Source of the DNA: Hemiscyllium ocellatum
Lineage: Eukaryota
Assembly (NCBI RefSeq): GCF_020745735.1
Contig: NC_083411.1
Location: 13,351,263-13,415,262 of the forward strand
Direction: 5' to 3'
Length of the DNA: 64,000 nucleotides
In this document: in pieces, positions 25,116 to 37,175 of the stretch
How positions within the stretch are numbered: position 1 is the stretch's first letter
Layout: each line of letters opens with the position of its first letter
The notes under the pieces: generated by a model
Told to the model about the DNA's origin: nothing
The model's input: the letters and a program-made list of their open reading frames with translations, nothing else
The model's database searches: none
Program-made: the position numbers and the translations under genes

Positions 25116-27214
25116 ATTAACTCTAATTTGTTGCCCACCACAATACAAACCATTGCACTGTAAAATATATTGTAATTATGATTCAAGACTCCACTTTGCA
25201 ATAAGAATACGGAGACCCAGAAAATCATTATATTTTTTAAAAGCTGTCTGTGATTTTTAGCAAAAAAAGAGCCTCTGATGCAATATTAGGTCTGATTCTG
25301 TGTTGGCAATGTTTTATAATAAAATTAAACCAATGAATTGATTGTAATTGTTCCCTCATGATCAGGCCAAAACATTCGAGATAGGCATTCAACATTTCAG
25401 AATAGTATGTCTGAAAGTCAATTAGACTGGACAGTTAGAACGTATTCAATGCAATGGTACATTCATGATTAATTCATGTACATAGATTCCAGCCATGCAT
25501 GTCAATACTAGGTGCCTTTCAATTACATAGCATCTCTCTGGTTATCTGGGTTTCTGCTTCAGTTAACCAAATATTAATTTGATTCTTTTATGCAACTAAA
25601 GATTGCAAATATTGTAGTAGTACTTTTAAACCTGCACAGATTGGATGCCTGTCCTTAGTTAATAAGGTGCAATTCAAGTTCCAATCCTCAACATGAGAGA
25701 ACTGCCTATGAACATTCAAAAAGACATAGGCAATTCATGATTCCTTTGACATTGTCCGAATATACTTTATCCATGATTGGAAATCCTGAAACCGTACAAA
25801 TCCAAGATTTGTTTTTTGGCTACATGTCTCTCCATCAAATGCTGTATAGGAGGAAGTATTTGTACAATCAGTGAGATTGTCACTTTCAGTGAGATAGAGT
25901 AATGCTTTGCGTGCCTTTGGAAAGCCAAATGAATAGCCATTTCAAAGTAACCAGTCAATTTTTTTCCCCATGGAAGGGATGAAACACAAAAGCCAAGCTG
26001 TGGACAAGGCGCGGAAGATAATCCGACATTGTTGCTTTTCAATCAGATTTGGCAGTGTGGAGTCACATATCACAGATTCCCTCAATAGTGAAGGTATATG
26101 AATTGAGAATTATCAGGCTTGAAATGGTTTCACTGCCCCAAAAGGTGCAAAATCATGCCTGGGGTAAGAGCATCTCATCGGTGTTTATGACCAGATAGCC
26201 TTAAAGAGCGAACATGAGGTGACGCTCAAAATCTCTTCCCTTAAGAGCTCTGGCTGAACAGTACTGCTACTGCAGAGTTGATTTGGGTCAAAATAGTACT
26301 ACATTATCACTTGAGCAGCTCACTTCAACTGCATATATTTTACAAGGTTTTACCATAATAATGCATTGTGAGTTTTGGAATGCAGTAAGCATCCAAGCAA
26401 AACTTGCATTTTTCCCCCGAGGCACACGGAGGTAATTTGGTGTTGAAGGTGATGGTTCTGGAATAATAGACTTCCTCGAATCACCAAGTACAGTACAACT
26501 GTTAGCACTATGCTAGTGCATTTCTAGGGCTGCAGTGCAGCAGTGCTTTCATGCAACATTCTTGCCTGTCTTGAAGGTATGGAGAGAAGTAAGAGGTTCG
26601 TGCCTATACATTCTATAGTGCAAACAGCATGTTTTTATCAGCCTCTGATCTGGTCCACCTCAATGAATTCAATATATAAAATGTTATGTGAAGCAAATAT
26701 AATTAAAGTCTGCAGGCACTCTCAATACAGAGTAATAAAGCAAATTCCTAATGGATTTATGATTAACGTAATTTTAATGACTGTAATCCCAAAGCAGTAA
26801 CAGCCCTTGATTATTAACTGATAATCCCTGCTGAGAAATGCTTGAACATAACTCCGTCAGTGTTGAGCAGCTTCTCAGCACTTGTTGCCCAGCCTTGCAA
26901 CTGAAGAAGACCCGTGTGGACAAGATAGCAAATGATAGCTCAGGATTTGCATCATGCCAATTGTCACCAAGTTCAGGAGAAAGAGGAGTGGAAGATGTAG
27001 GAATACATTTTATGAGGATGGATGATCTTATAGGTAAATTGCTCTAATATTGTAACACCACAGGCAGATATTCATCCTTTCATCAAACATGATAACATAT
27101 GGACGTTAATTAAACATTTAATAATAGCACTTACAAGTTTTTACTCCAGAGAATCCAGCAGTCAACAGCGAAGTCGATCAGTTAATCAAGTCTCGCTAGC
27201 ATCTGAGGAGTGTA

Positions 27215-27264
<50 letters not shown>
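27215..27264. repeat. (CT)n microsatellite
   Basis: Direct observation. Confidence 0.95.
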
Positions 27265-27533
27265 AGCATCTGGTCACTTGATATAATTTTTTTTTCACAA
27301 TCTTGTTATGTTTTAGTATTTTTTAATCTCCACATTATACCCTCTGTCAGTGACTTAAGTATTTCATGTCCTAATTGATCTGTCAATTGAATCTTCCAAC
27401 TGAAGATGGGTTTTAGAAATTCATGAGCTATCAAAGGCCTTCTAACACCCTGCTGCGGATCTTCTCCATCATGCGTGACTGTTCCTTTCGACAAATGCTG
27501 CGTTCCAAGCTGGCTTCAAGTTGTAGCACAGTC

Positions 27534-27628
27534 ACTTCCAACATTACAGACATGTAATGCTATCAACTTCCAACATTACAGACATGTAATGCTATCAACT
27601 TCCAACATTACAGACATGTAATGCTATC
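27534..27628. repeat. Perfect 32-bp tandem repeat x3
   Basis: ACTTCCAACATTACAGACATGTAATGCTATCA starts at 27534, 27566 and 27598 (last copy lacks the final base). Confidence 0.95.
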
Positions 27629-28279
27629 TTTCTTGAGGTCCTGAGAAATTGAAAGATGAAATGTCTCAGTACTTGACAATTTAGCGACCACTTACATCGA
27701 CACACCTCCTAAACTATTGCTTTATGCTCAATCCAGCAAGCACTTAAACTTGACCAATGTTGTTAAGCAAACACATTGGGTGTGATTCTACTCTCCCTTG
27801 AGTGCTTTGAAGGAATAGATGAGAAAATAAACTGAGAATAAAAATTCAGAGTCTCAATATCTAGAAAAACGCTCCCAGTTTTTCCACTCAGGCTGTGAAT
27901 AGTGACTTCTGAATCTTGCCATTGAGTGGTGACTGTCTTATTTCTGCATTAAAGCATCAGAATTGCTTTATGAAGATATCACTCTTTGCCCTCACCAGTT
28001 TTGATGCAAGTTTTCAACATGTGAGGCAGATCAGGGAGCTGACAGCTGTAGCTTGCCAAAGGTAAGACATGACCATCAAGCAACTAGTTCTTTGCAGTAA
28101 TGTCCCTGTATTCTCCATGACTGCTCACCTCTTCAACCCTATATTTCCACAAGTCAGCGTTGACAAACCACCAACCTTAACATATCATCATGCATGATCC
28201 TGGACCAGTTTTGACACCAGTCCTAAACCCTTTCACTTTGGAATTCAGGGATACTGAGGACTTGCACATTTCTACCAAG

Positions 28280-28527
28280 TGTAACAAACAAAGCAAAATG
28301 AAAGGCAATGAATGGGTTCACTTCAGCTCTGGTGAAGAGTCATCTCGACTCATGACATGAGCTTGTTTTCTCTCCATGGATGCTGTCTGACCCATTGTGA
28401 TCTCCAGCATTTTTTGTTTACCGTTCAGATTTCAGCATCTGCAGAAATTTACTTCTACATAAGAACAAGAATAGACCATTCAGCCCATCAGGTTTGCTGC
28501 ACCTGTAACTCAGATAACGGCTGAACA
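28280..28527 (+). repeat. Local duplicate of 32080-32327 flanked by a 16-bp direct repeat
   Basis: Colinear with no indels at an offset of exactly 3800; ACATTTCTACCAAGTG at 28266-28281 and 28525-28540. Confidence 0.9.
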
Positions 28528-29199
28528 TTTCTACCAAGTGCAAGTGCATCATAGACAAGCTATGTCTTGCATATCTGAGCTTGCTGTTTCAGCACCCGTT
28601 CCCTTTGAGCGTACTTGGAGGCTACCAGCCTCTCCCTGTTGCACGTGGCTCACTCATCACATGCTTACTGACTTCAGCACTGATTCAGGGCCTCCAGCCT
28701 CGGTGTGGTTTGCAATGCTCACCTGGTCCAGAGAGAGAGGCAGCCAGTCCATCATGGTAGAGAGCATTGATTAATCTGAGAAAAGGGTGGACATATCTCT
28801 CTTTGGCACTGTGCTATGTTAGTATAGAGCTGTCGTATGTTTTAGCTGTTTGTTTATGTGACATGCTGTGTACTTCAGGCAAATGACTGTGTGTAAAAGT
28901 GAAAGGGATGTAGTACCTGAAGGGTGATTACAGTCTGTAAGGAAATGCCATACAGTCAGTGAAGGAAATGTTCCATTCCAGACAATAAATGGCCGGAATA
29001 ACTCAGGCTCTTGGTCCCACTGGATTCCGGGGATTTGTGCCGTTTCCAGGAATTGGTCCTCAACCTGTCTGTAAGGTCAAAGACAATGTGTAAGTCATTG
29101 ACTGCAATGCAGTGTATGCAGTACAAAGAGCTGAAGTCTGTGATCTTTGGTTAGAAGAGTCTGCAGTGCAAGAGTCAGACCAAGTGGTGGCCCTATGAG

Positions 29200-29480
29200 T
29201 GCAAAGTGAAGTACTACATCCTCTTGAGGAGTGCAGGAGATCATTGATGTTCTTCTTGCTTTCCTGTGCCTCCTGGAGCACAGTGCTGAGTCTGTGTCTA
29301 AGCTGGTCTGATTGGCAATATGGCTTTCTGCGGTGTTCAACTGGAACCAAAACAACACCGTGACTACCTACACCTGCAGGAAGTGGGCAGTGAGCTTTCC
29401 CTTCCTCTGGGCCATGACTTGAACGCTGAGGCTCGAGCATTACAAGTGAGGACCAATTTCTGTTTGACAGCATTTGAAGT
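29200..29480 (-). mobile_element. Possible PIF/Harbinger Myb/SANT-like ORF remnant
   Basis: VLVPVEHRRKP...LSTV...QESKKNINDLLHS resembles the 'QCRKK.NDL' Myb/SANT-like motif; degenerate. Confidence 0.35.
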
Positions 29481-29663
29481 GGTGTATAGCTGGCCTTAAT
29501 ACAGTACTAGAGGCATGCAAGCAGGAAGGTCACAGCAAGGGTGAGCTCCTCTCTGTCTTTCTGATTCCCTGAGAGAGGCAGCCACGATCCATAGCTTTGA
29601 GAGAATGAGGCGAAGAGCAGAAGATTGCACGAGAAAAGTCGCAATGAAAAGTTGTGAAGTCCA

Positions 29664-30015
29664 GGGGAGGTGACGGCCAAGTTGTATTATCGCTGGACTG
29701 TTAATCCAGAGACTTGGCTGATGTTCTAGGGACCTGGATTCAAATCCTGCCACAGTAGATGGTGGCATTTGAATTCAGTAAAAGAAATTTGGAACTACTG
29801 GTGACCATTAGACCATTGTTGGAAAAACCCATCTTGTTCATTAACGTCCTTTCAGGAGAGGAATCTCCACCCTTGTCTAGTCTGATCTGGTCTACATGTG
29901 ACTCTCAACCCACAACAAAGTGTTGACTCTTAACTGCCCTCTGGACAGCTTGGAATAGGCATTAAATACTGGCGTAGCCAAGACACCCTGGTCCCATACA
30001 TGAATAATAAAAAAA
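29664..30015 (+). mobile_element. tRNA-derived SINE (same family as 781-1110)
   Basis: GGATTCAAATCC B-box; shared body CTGGTCTACATGTGACTC and A-rich tail. Confidence 0.75.
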
Positions 30016-30091
30016 GTGCTTTAATGGACTGGGTGCCAGAAATCTGATTCAAGAAAACACTTCAAATAGAAATATCTTAAATACTGCCCAT

Positions 30092-30738
30092 TGTAATGAA
30101 GCTGCTCCATTCACAAAGTTCTGTTGTCCTTGTTTTTTTTTCAGCGAGGTCATAAACAAGAGAGAATCTGAAAAGTGCAGATTTGAAGGGTTTTAGGGCC
30201 TGTTTGATTTTAGCTAATGGCAAAAGATTTTCAAGTCTTTACAAAAGACATTATGCAATGAAGGGGAGTGGCCAGTTCTCCTTGCTCAGCCTTTCTCTGG
30301 TTTGATTTGGTTTGGACAGCCTGGCTATTCACTGAAAGTGGTCAGGAGGTTGTGCAGCTGCTGGACTCAAAGAAGCAGGTCCATGCTGACCCTCCCTCCC
30401 TTTCTGACATCTCTCTTGTAAGACCCTGTGTTTGATCTTTCCTTTTGTGCCAAGGGGTGTTTATGGGAATTGCTGCAAGTATTTGGAACAGCATCATTAA
30501 GTTGGTATCGTCTGTTGGGTTTTCGGATAGTTCAAGTTATTTTGTATTCTGTTCACTTTTGTTTGTGTTTCACTCTGTAATCCTGTGAGTAAACTCTGTT
30601 TTATTTAAAACCAAGTGGTTTGACCAGCTGCATCCATCTTGGAAAATCTATGTTGCACCTGCTTAAAACAACGAGCAAAGTTCGGGTCTGGGCTACTTTC
30701 TTGAAATGTTTTGAGCGGGTCTGGGCTGGTTCATAACA
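30092..30738 (+). mobile_element. Solo LTR (family of 7512-8062)
   Basis: TGTAA...TAACA termini; homology to the inverted copy at 7512-8062. Confidence 0.7.
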
Positions 30739-30869
30739 TCGTCCACACATAATGTTTTAACAGTGTAGCCCTCTCTCAAACATCTCAGTAGACACCACAC
30801 CAATATTCCCAGACTATTGTATCAAATCAAAACAGGAAATAGTCAAGACTGCAGATACTGAAGAAGTCA

Positions 30870-31067
30870 GAGTCAAAGTGTGGCACTGGAAAACATACAG
30901 CAGGTCAGGCAGCATATGAGGAGCAGAGGAGAGTCAGCATTTTGGGTTTATCCCTTAATCAGGACTCAGAGTCCTAATGAAGGGTTAAGCCTGAAACGTT
31001 GATTCTTCTGCTTTTCAGATGCCACCTGATGTGCTATGTTTTTTCCAGCGCCACACTTTATTGACTC
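30870..31067. mobile_element. Palindromic PLE-derived mini-element with two divergent degenerate hammerheads
   Basis: GAGTCAA-AGTGTGGC...GCCACACT-TTATTGACTC arms centred on aggactc-a-gagtcct. Confidence 0.8.
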
Positions 31068-31218
31068 AAAGCAAACCAGGTCATCTTCTCTTACAGAAAC
31101 TTCAATTTAACCCTCTAATTTAACATTCATTAAAGACAAAAGATCTTGTTAACACACAAACTATAAAAGTTGAATGTAGGAGCAAAAGTATACATCAGAT
31201 GATATTTTCTCCCAGCAA

Positions 31219-31533
31219 GGCAGTATGGCGGCTCAATGGTTAGCACTGCTGCCTCACAACTCCAGGAACCTCGGTTCAGTTCCAGCCTCGGGTGACTGTC
31301 TGTGTGGAGTTTGCACATTCTCCTCGTGTCTGTGTGGGTTTCCTCTGGGTGCTCTGGTTTCCTCCCACCATCCAAAGATGTGCAGGTTAGGTGAATTGAC
31401 CAGGCTAAATTGCCCATAGTGTTCAGAGATGTGTAGGTTTAGTGCGTTAGTCAGGGGTAAATGTAGGGTAGCAAAGATGAGTTACCCTTTGGAGGGTTGG
31501 TTTGGACTTGTTGGGCCGTAGGGATTCTATGAT
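31219..31533 (+). mobile_element. HE1-like V-SINE
   Basis: Head, V-domain and GGGATTCTATG tail. Confidence 0.9.
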
Positions 31534-31769
31534 CTCAAGCTGACAGGAATTTTTCTGACAGAAAACTGCACAAAAAGCAGCAATTGTTTCCACTTTTGAA
31601 GTATATTGGCTATAAAGTCCAACTGAAAATGCCCAGACTTGAGTCAGCCTTTCAGTAAAGCTCAACTTGCAAGGATATTATTTGAGTGCAAACTGCTGGG
31701 AGTTTGGAATATTCAGCAGATCAATACGAATTTATCAGATTTACTGATACCAACCAAGGAACATGAGAA

Positions 31770-32250
31770 CAGGAAACAAAAAAATGCTGGGGATCAGAGC
31801 GGGTCAAGCAGCTTCCATGACGAGAAAACAAGCTAATGTTTTCCAGTCTAGTGACTCATCATCAGAGTTGAAGTGAAGTGTGGAGGGGGCAGCATTTATC
31901 TACTAGTTTGGGGGAGAGGGGTGCGCAGGGTTGGAGCGCTGGGAGTGAAAGGATGTTAATAGTTCAGATTAAGTGATCAGAATGGGAGGATGGTAAGACA
32001 ATGGTGTGTCTAACTGCCCAAATGGAAAGAACAGACAGTCCCACTGTGGTGGGGGCAGGGGAGAGAGCACAACAGAGAATGTAACAAACAAAGCAAAAAG
32101 AAAGGCAATGAATGGGTTCACTTCAGCTCTGATGAAGAGTCATCCAGACTCGTAACTTTAGCTTGTTTTCTCTCCATGGATGCTGTCTGACCCATTGTGA
32201 TCTCCAGCATTTTTTGTTTACAGTTCAGATTTCAGCATCTGCAGAAATTT
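31770..32250. mobile_element. Inverted-repeat PLE-derived element (GAGTC/GACTC stem II hammerhead family)
   Basis: Arms at about 31775-31878 and 32117-32220 are inverted; AGCT-CTGATGA-A-GAGTC-atcca-GACTC-GtAACtTT-AGCT at 32125-32163. Confidence 0.7.
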
Positions 32251-33413
32251 ACTTCTACATAAGAACAGGAATAGACCATTCAGCCCATCAGGTTTGCTGC
32301 ACCTGTAACTCAGATAACGGCTGAACAACTACCTTAACACAATAACGTGTCGGGCCATCAGTTTTGAGAGGAAGAGTGAGCTTTGGATGAGACGTTGCAA
32401 AGTTCTGTGCAGAGGTAGGTGAAAAATAGAAGACCTTCTTTGCGCAGCAGTCCACTAACTCATCAACTCTTCAACAAAATCCTAATAATCTGCAAGTGCA
32501 AACTCAGTGAATGAACATTGATTTGCTGCAGCAGTTTTAGCAGCAAGTTTGGCAGCTCGCTACATTAACACTTAATGCACAAAATTACCGTACCTCAATG
32601 CCCAATTAACTGTGCACTAACCCTTGGGAACAGAGGAAATTAGCTTCCATGTGGTTGATGGTTTTGCTAATACCTTTGGCAGTTTTGGTGGAGTGGAAGA
32701 AATACTTACTGCCACAGCTCAAGCTCAACATTGAAACAGCCAAAAAGATGAACATGAGCGAAGCTGATTTTCACGATGTGATGGAGAATTATTATGAACT
32801 CTCTCGGGCATGCATCCTGCTTTTAATACCTAAATTATGATTACTGAGATCATTGGAATTTAGCCTGGAATATGCTAACATAAAACAAACTGTATTGCGA
32901 TAAAGTACTGGGCACTAGGTTTTTAATGTTTTATATTAGTTGGAGAAGTAATTGTTTATATTTGTTATCCTTTTTCAATGTTTCTCATGAGAGGTAGCAC
33001 AAATTGAGTTATTGGACTGAGTTGGAATTTATTTAGAATGTGTTCATGTATTAGAATTAAATAAAGGGCTTTTCATGCTGAAATATAATTTGAAAGTTCT
33101 GCAAGGATGGATCACAAAGCAAGCCCATCTCTCAGTTATTCAGAGTTGATGGCATTTGATGCTTACATTTGCTGTTTCCTTTGCAATCCAAGAGACCTAT
33201 GATATTTAAACTAGAATAGCAATAGAATAGTCAGGTCTTCATATAGACTAACCTTTGTGCTGAGCACTCTTTTTGTTTATCATGATCTCAAAGGTTGCCT
33301 CGTAAGATGGGCAAAAAATATTCATTCTTTCATACATTCTATATTGCAGATGTTAATTAATGGGAAGAAGTAAAGGGGATGGGCATTAACTCATTCCTTC
33401 TAAAAAGGCAGTG

Positions 33414-33587
33414 CAGAGGAACCATGATTATCTGAAGGACACGGGCAGTCAGTATTTTACTCGGTCCATCGAATTCCCGGTAACCATATGTTGAATAATA
33501 TAGTTTAGCCGAGTGTCTGCACCTTGTGATCTTGCCGGATAATCCAATATTCGGATAATCAAATGCTGGATAATCGAGGTTCCTCTC
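33414..33587. mobile_element. pogo/Tigger-type MITE
   Basis: TIRs CAGAGGAACCatGATTATC and GATAATCGAGGTTCCTCT; internal GGATAATC sub-repeats; TA follows the right end. Confidence 0.7.
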
Positions 33588-33690
33588 TACATGGTATATT
33601 CGATGCATTTGCTGCGTGGATTGAGCTTTTCATTTTCATTCTTTACACAGCTGTAAATTTGTTGTCACATGTCCCATTAAAATAATGCCA

Positions 33691-35393
33691 TGAAGGCTGG
33701 TATCCTGTCACCAAGTCACCCTTTATTTACACATGCACAGTACATGGCACTAACCCAGCTAGCTTAGAGCTGGTGCCTGGAGTGAGTAGAAACCCTGACA
33801 CTCCTTTTTTTTTTCTTTGGAATTGCTGCAGACCATGGGGTGTAGTGACACCCACACTGGCATTAGGAAGGGAGTGTCAGGAGTTTGACCTAGCAACACT
33901 GAAGGGACGGCAATATATTTTCAAGTCAGGACGGTGAGTGGCTGGAAGGGGAATTTGTGGTTAGCGGTGTTCCTGTATACCCACTGCCCTTGGTCTTTCC
34001 AGGTGGCAGTGATTGTGGGGGTTTGAAAGGTGCTGTTGCATTTTGTAGATGTTTTTTTTTCTCTTTTTTTTTCAAGGGAAAACACCTGAGTGGTCCAGTG
34101 ACAAGCAGTGCCCTTCACATCAAAATCCCCTGTTTATTTTTTTTAAACAAGCAGTGCCCTTCACGTCAAAGGGCAATGCTACACTCCTGTTTTTTTTCTT
34201 CTTCTTTTTTTCCCATGTGTGTGTGCAGGTGTGAGACACAGTGAGAGACACAAGGTGTACGAATCTTTATTCAATTTCCACCACCAGGAAGTTAGGAAAA
34301 CACCCGGATGGCCAGTGACAAGCAGTGCCCTTCACATCAAAGGGCAAGACTGTTGTTTATTTTATTTTTTTTCGGTAGTGCTTTTTTTTTTTCCCCAGCA
34401 CCCATAGTGTGTGTGAGACACAGTGAGAGACACAAAGTGCACAAATCTTTATTTAATTTCCACCACCAGGAAAAGTAGGAAAACACCCGAGTGGCCTGTG
34501 ACAAGCAGTGCCCTTCACATCAAAGGGCAATGCTGTGTGAACAAACAGTGAAGGGGAGGGCAGGGACTAAATCAAAATAGAGTTGGAGGGGGAAATGATG
34601 CACTCCACTCCCTGCGGCGCCCACCTCTCCCTGAACAACTCCAGGGTGTTGGTGGACACCGCGTGCTCCTTCTCCAAGGACACCCGGGCCCTAACGTAAC
34701 CGCGGAAGAGGGGCAGGCAGTCGGCCCTAACGACTCCCTCCACAGCCCGCTGCCTGGACCTGTTTATGGCCAGTTTGGCCAGGCCCAGGAGCAGACCCAC
34801 AAGGAGGTCTTCAGACCTGCCCTCCCTCCTCCGCACCAGGTGCCCGAAGACCAGGAGCGTGGGACTGAAGTGCAACCAAAAACAGAGGAGAAGGTTTGAG
34901 ACTCCTGTTTATTTTTTTTTAATGCACTGAGCTTTTTTTTTACTTTTTTCTTTTTTCTTTTTCCTTTTTTCTCTTTTTTTTATTATTTCCCCAACACTAC
35001 CGCCTAACGCGGTAGTGCTTATAATTTTTATCCCCAGCACTCATGGTGTGTGTGTGTGCAGGTATGAGACACAGTGAGAGACACAAGGTGTACAAATCTT
35101 TATTCAATTTCCATCACCAGGAAAAGTAGGAAAACACCCGAGTGGCCTGTTTATATTTTTTTTTCAGTGACAAGCAGTGCCTTTATTCCCTGTTAATTTT
35201 TTTTTAATTTTTTTTATTTTTCTTTTTTTTTCTCTTTTTTTCCCCACACTACCACCTAATTGTGGTAGTGCTAAGTGGCCTGTTTATAATCTTCAGTTTG
35301 GGCTTCCTGATTGGGCCAGGATAACAGCCCCAATTAAGGAACTTGCAGTCTGTGATTCGCCTGGCTGACCTCATTCCAATCACTCCCCCTACA
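33691..35393 (-). mobile_element. Probable solo LTR split at its TATA box by stacked insertions
   Basis: Minus strand begins TGTAG at 35393, has CCAAT then TATAAA (about 35283-35288), and after the insert stack resumes GGAGTGTCAGGG...AATAAA...CTTCA (33804-33691). Confidence 0.55.
34052..35278 (-). mobile_element. Stack of 5'-truncated Tx1/L1-clade LINE 3' ends
   Basis: ORF 34567..34875 has LLLGLAKLAINRSR...FRERW (Tx1-like ORF2 C-terminus); the 3' UTR is repeated with poly(T) runs on the + strand. Confidence 0.75.
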
Positions 35394-35739
35394 CTATCAA
35401 ATTACTTATCCACTAAATTAAAGATGGTTTGCCCAGTAATGGTGTTGATGACCTTCCATCTGTGTCTGAAGATGAACTTGCAGTGAAACTGTTGGGAATG
35501 GGATAACTTAACAGTTGCTGATGGCTGAAGTGACCAAACCAAAGGTCTGTTGCAAATGTCACATATGAAGTGGTTAATGGTTATCGCTCAAGATTGGTGT
35601 TTTTGATGTTGGCTAACTGCTGTAGTGACTGATGATCAGGGCAGTGTATACTTGCCAACGAGAGGTGGTGCCATTTTCCTCTGACATTGACTCACATCTC
35701 CCAGGCATGAAATCAATATTTCGGACCTTCACATCACAT

Positions 35740-36135
35740 TCGTCAGTGTTTAGAAGAATGAGAAGAGATCTAATCGAGGTATGTATGATGCTAAAGGGAA
35801 TTGACAAAGTAGATGTAGGTCAGATGTCTCCCTTTAAGGTGCAATCCAGAATGAGCGGTCATAGTTTTGGATTAGGAGGCAGCAGATTTAAAACAGATAT
35901 GAGAGGGGATTGCTTTTCTCCAGGGGTGTTGTGGATTTGACGAGTCTGGGGTGTGATGGATGCTGGGACATTGAATACATTTAACAAGGGGATAGACATG
36001 TTTTTAATGGGTTAAAGGGTGATGAGGAGTGGGCAGCAAAGGGAAGTTGAGGCCAAGATGAGATCAGCCTTGATTTTATCACAGGCAGAACAAGCTCAAT
36101 GGCTGAATTGCCTACTCCTGCTCCTCGTTCTTAAG
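35740..36135 (+). mobile_element. CR1 3' fragment
   Basis: RRMRRDLIEVCMMLKGIDKVD...GHSF. Confidence 0.8.
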
Positions 36136-36498
36136 TTCACAAAGCATCCTTAAAAGTGGGTCATTGTATATCTGATTAGACGTCGGGCTCAACTTGCATA
36201 TAAACAGGCCCTACAGCATGGCTGTATTTGAATTGAATGACATATTCGTCACAACACTCTCCAATACCTTGTCGAACTGTAGTCATAATAACATTTGAAT
36301 AAGCGGCTGTGTTATGCACAACAGATTGTGATGAACTAGATTATGGCTTGTGCCTGATGAGCATGGAACTAACTGCATTCTACTGGATGTAATACGTCTG
36401 TTGTGTCCAGTGGATATTTCTGAAGTCAAAGTTCTTGCCTGTATTTCAAGACACGTTCAAAGTTGGCATTGCTGATGTTTAATATCTTCAGTGCTATA

Positions 36499-36848
36499 GA
36501 CATGACGCGGTGGCTCAGTGGTTAGCACTGCTGCCTCCCAGCGCCATGAACTCAGGTTCAATTCCAGCCTTAGGCGACTGTCTGAATGGAGTCTGTGTGC
36601 TCTCCCATGGCTGCATCTGTTTCCTCTGGGTGCTCCGCTTTCCTCCCACTGTTCAAAGATGTGCAGTTTAAGTGAAATGGCAATGCTAAATTACCCACAG
36701 TGTACAGGGATGTACAAGCTAGGTGGATTAGCCACTAGAAATGCAGGCTTATAGGGTAGCGGGGTCAGTCTGGGTGGAATGCTCTTCAGAGGGTTGGGGT
36801 GGACTCAATGGGCCAAATAATCTGCTTCCACGTTGTCAGGATTCTATG
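36499..36848 (+). mobile_element. HE1-like V-SINE
   Basis: Head GGTGGCTCAGTGGTTAGCACTG, V-domain and tail. Confidence 0.9.
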
Positions 36849-37064
36849 CTGATAGTTGATATTAAATTTTAAAAAAGCACATGATCTGTGTTGTGCTCGG
36901 AAAGCTTATGCACTGAACTAACACCATTTATGGAGTGATAATATCAAGTCGAACCTAACCCAAGATATCCAATAGAAAATTCTGCGCTTAAAGGCTGTGG
37001 ATGTTGGAAATCTGAAGTAAAAGCAGCAAGTCTTGGGAACTTGCTGGCAGCATCTGTGAAAATA

Positions 37065-37175
37065 TGATTTGGAGATGCCGGACAATCACCTGATGAAGGA
37101 GCGTCGCTCCGAAAGCTAGTGTGCTGCCAATTAAACTGCTGGACTATAACCTGGTGTTGTGTGATTTTTAACTCG
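37065..37175 (+). mobile_element. 111-bp hammerhead-bearing PLE mini-insertion with 9-bp TSD
   Basis: GTGAAAATA at 37056-37064 and 37176-37184; nested in an older PLE-derived inverted repeat (about 36995-37318). Confidence 0.8.
37087..37121 (+). ncRNA. Minimal type-I hammerhead ribozyme, intact (PLE-type, AGCU palindrome)
   Basis: CAC-CTGATGA-A-GGAGC-gtc-GCTCC-GAA-AGCT-A-GTG: stem I CAC/GTG, conserved core, 5-bp stem II, palindromic helix III, predicted cleavage after A37118. Confidence 0.8.

Noticed and set aside
27534-27628. CRISPR-like array of 32-bp palindromic repeats
   Set aside because: The repeats are contiguous with no spacers, there are no cas genes, and the context is vertebrate.
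30088-30742. TSD for the solo LTR at 30092-30738
   Set aside because: The flanks CCAT and TCGT differ at two of four positions, so they were not counted as evidence.
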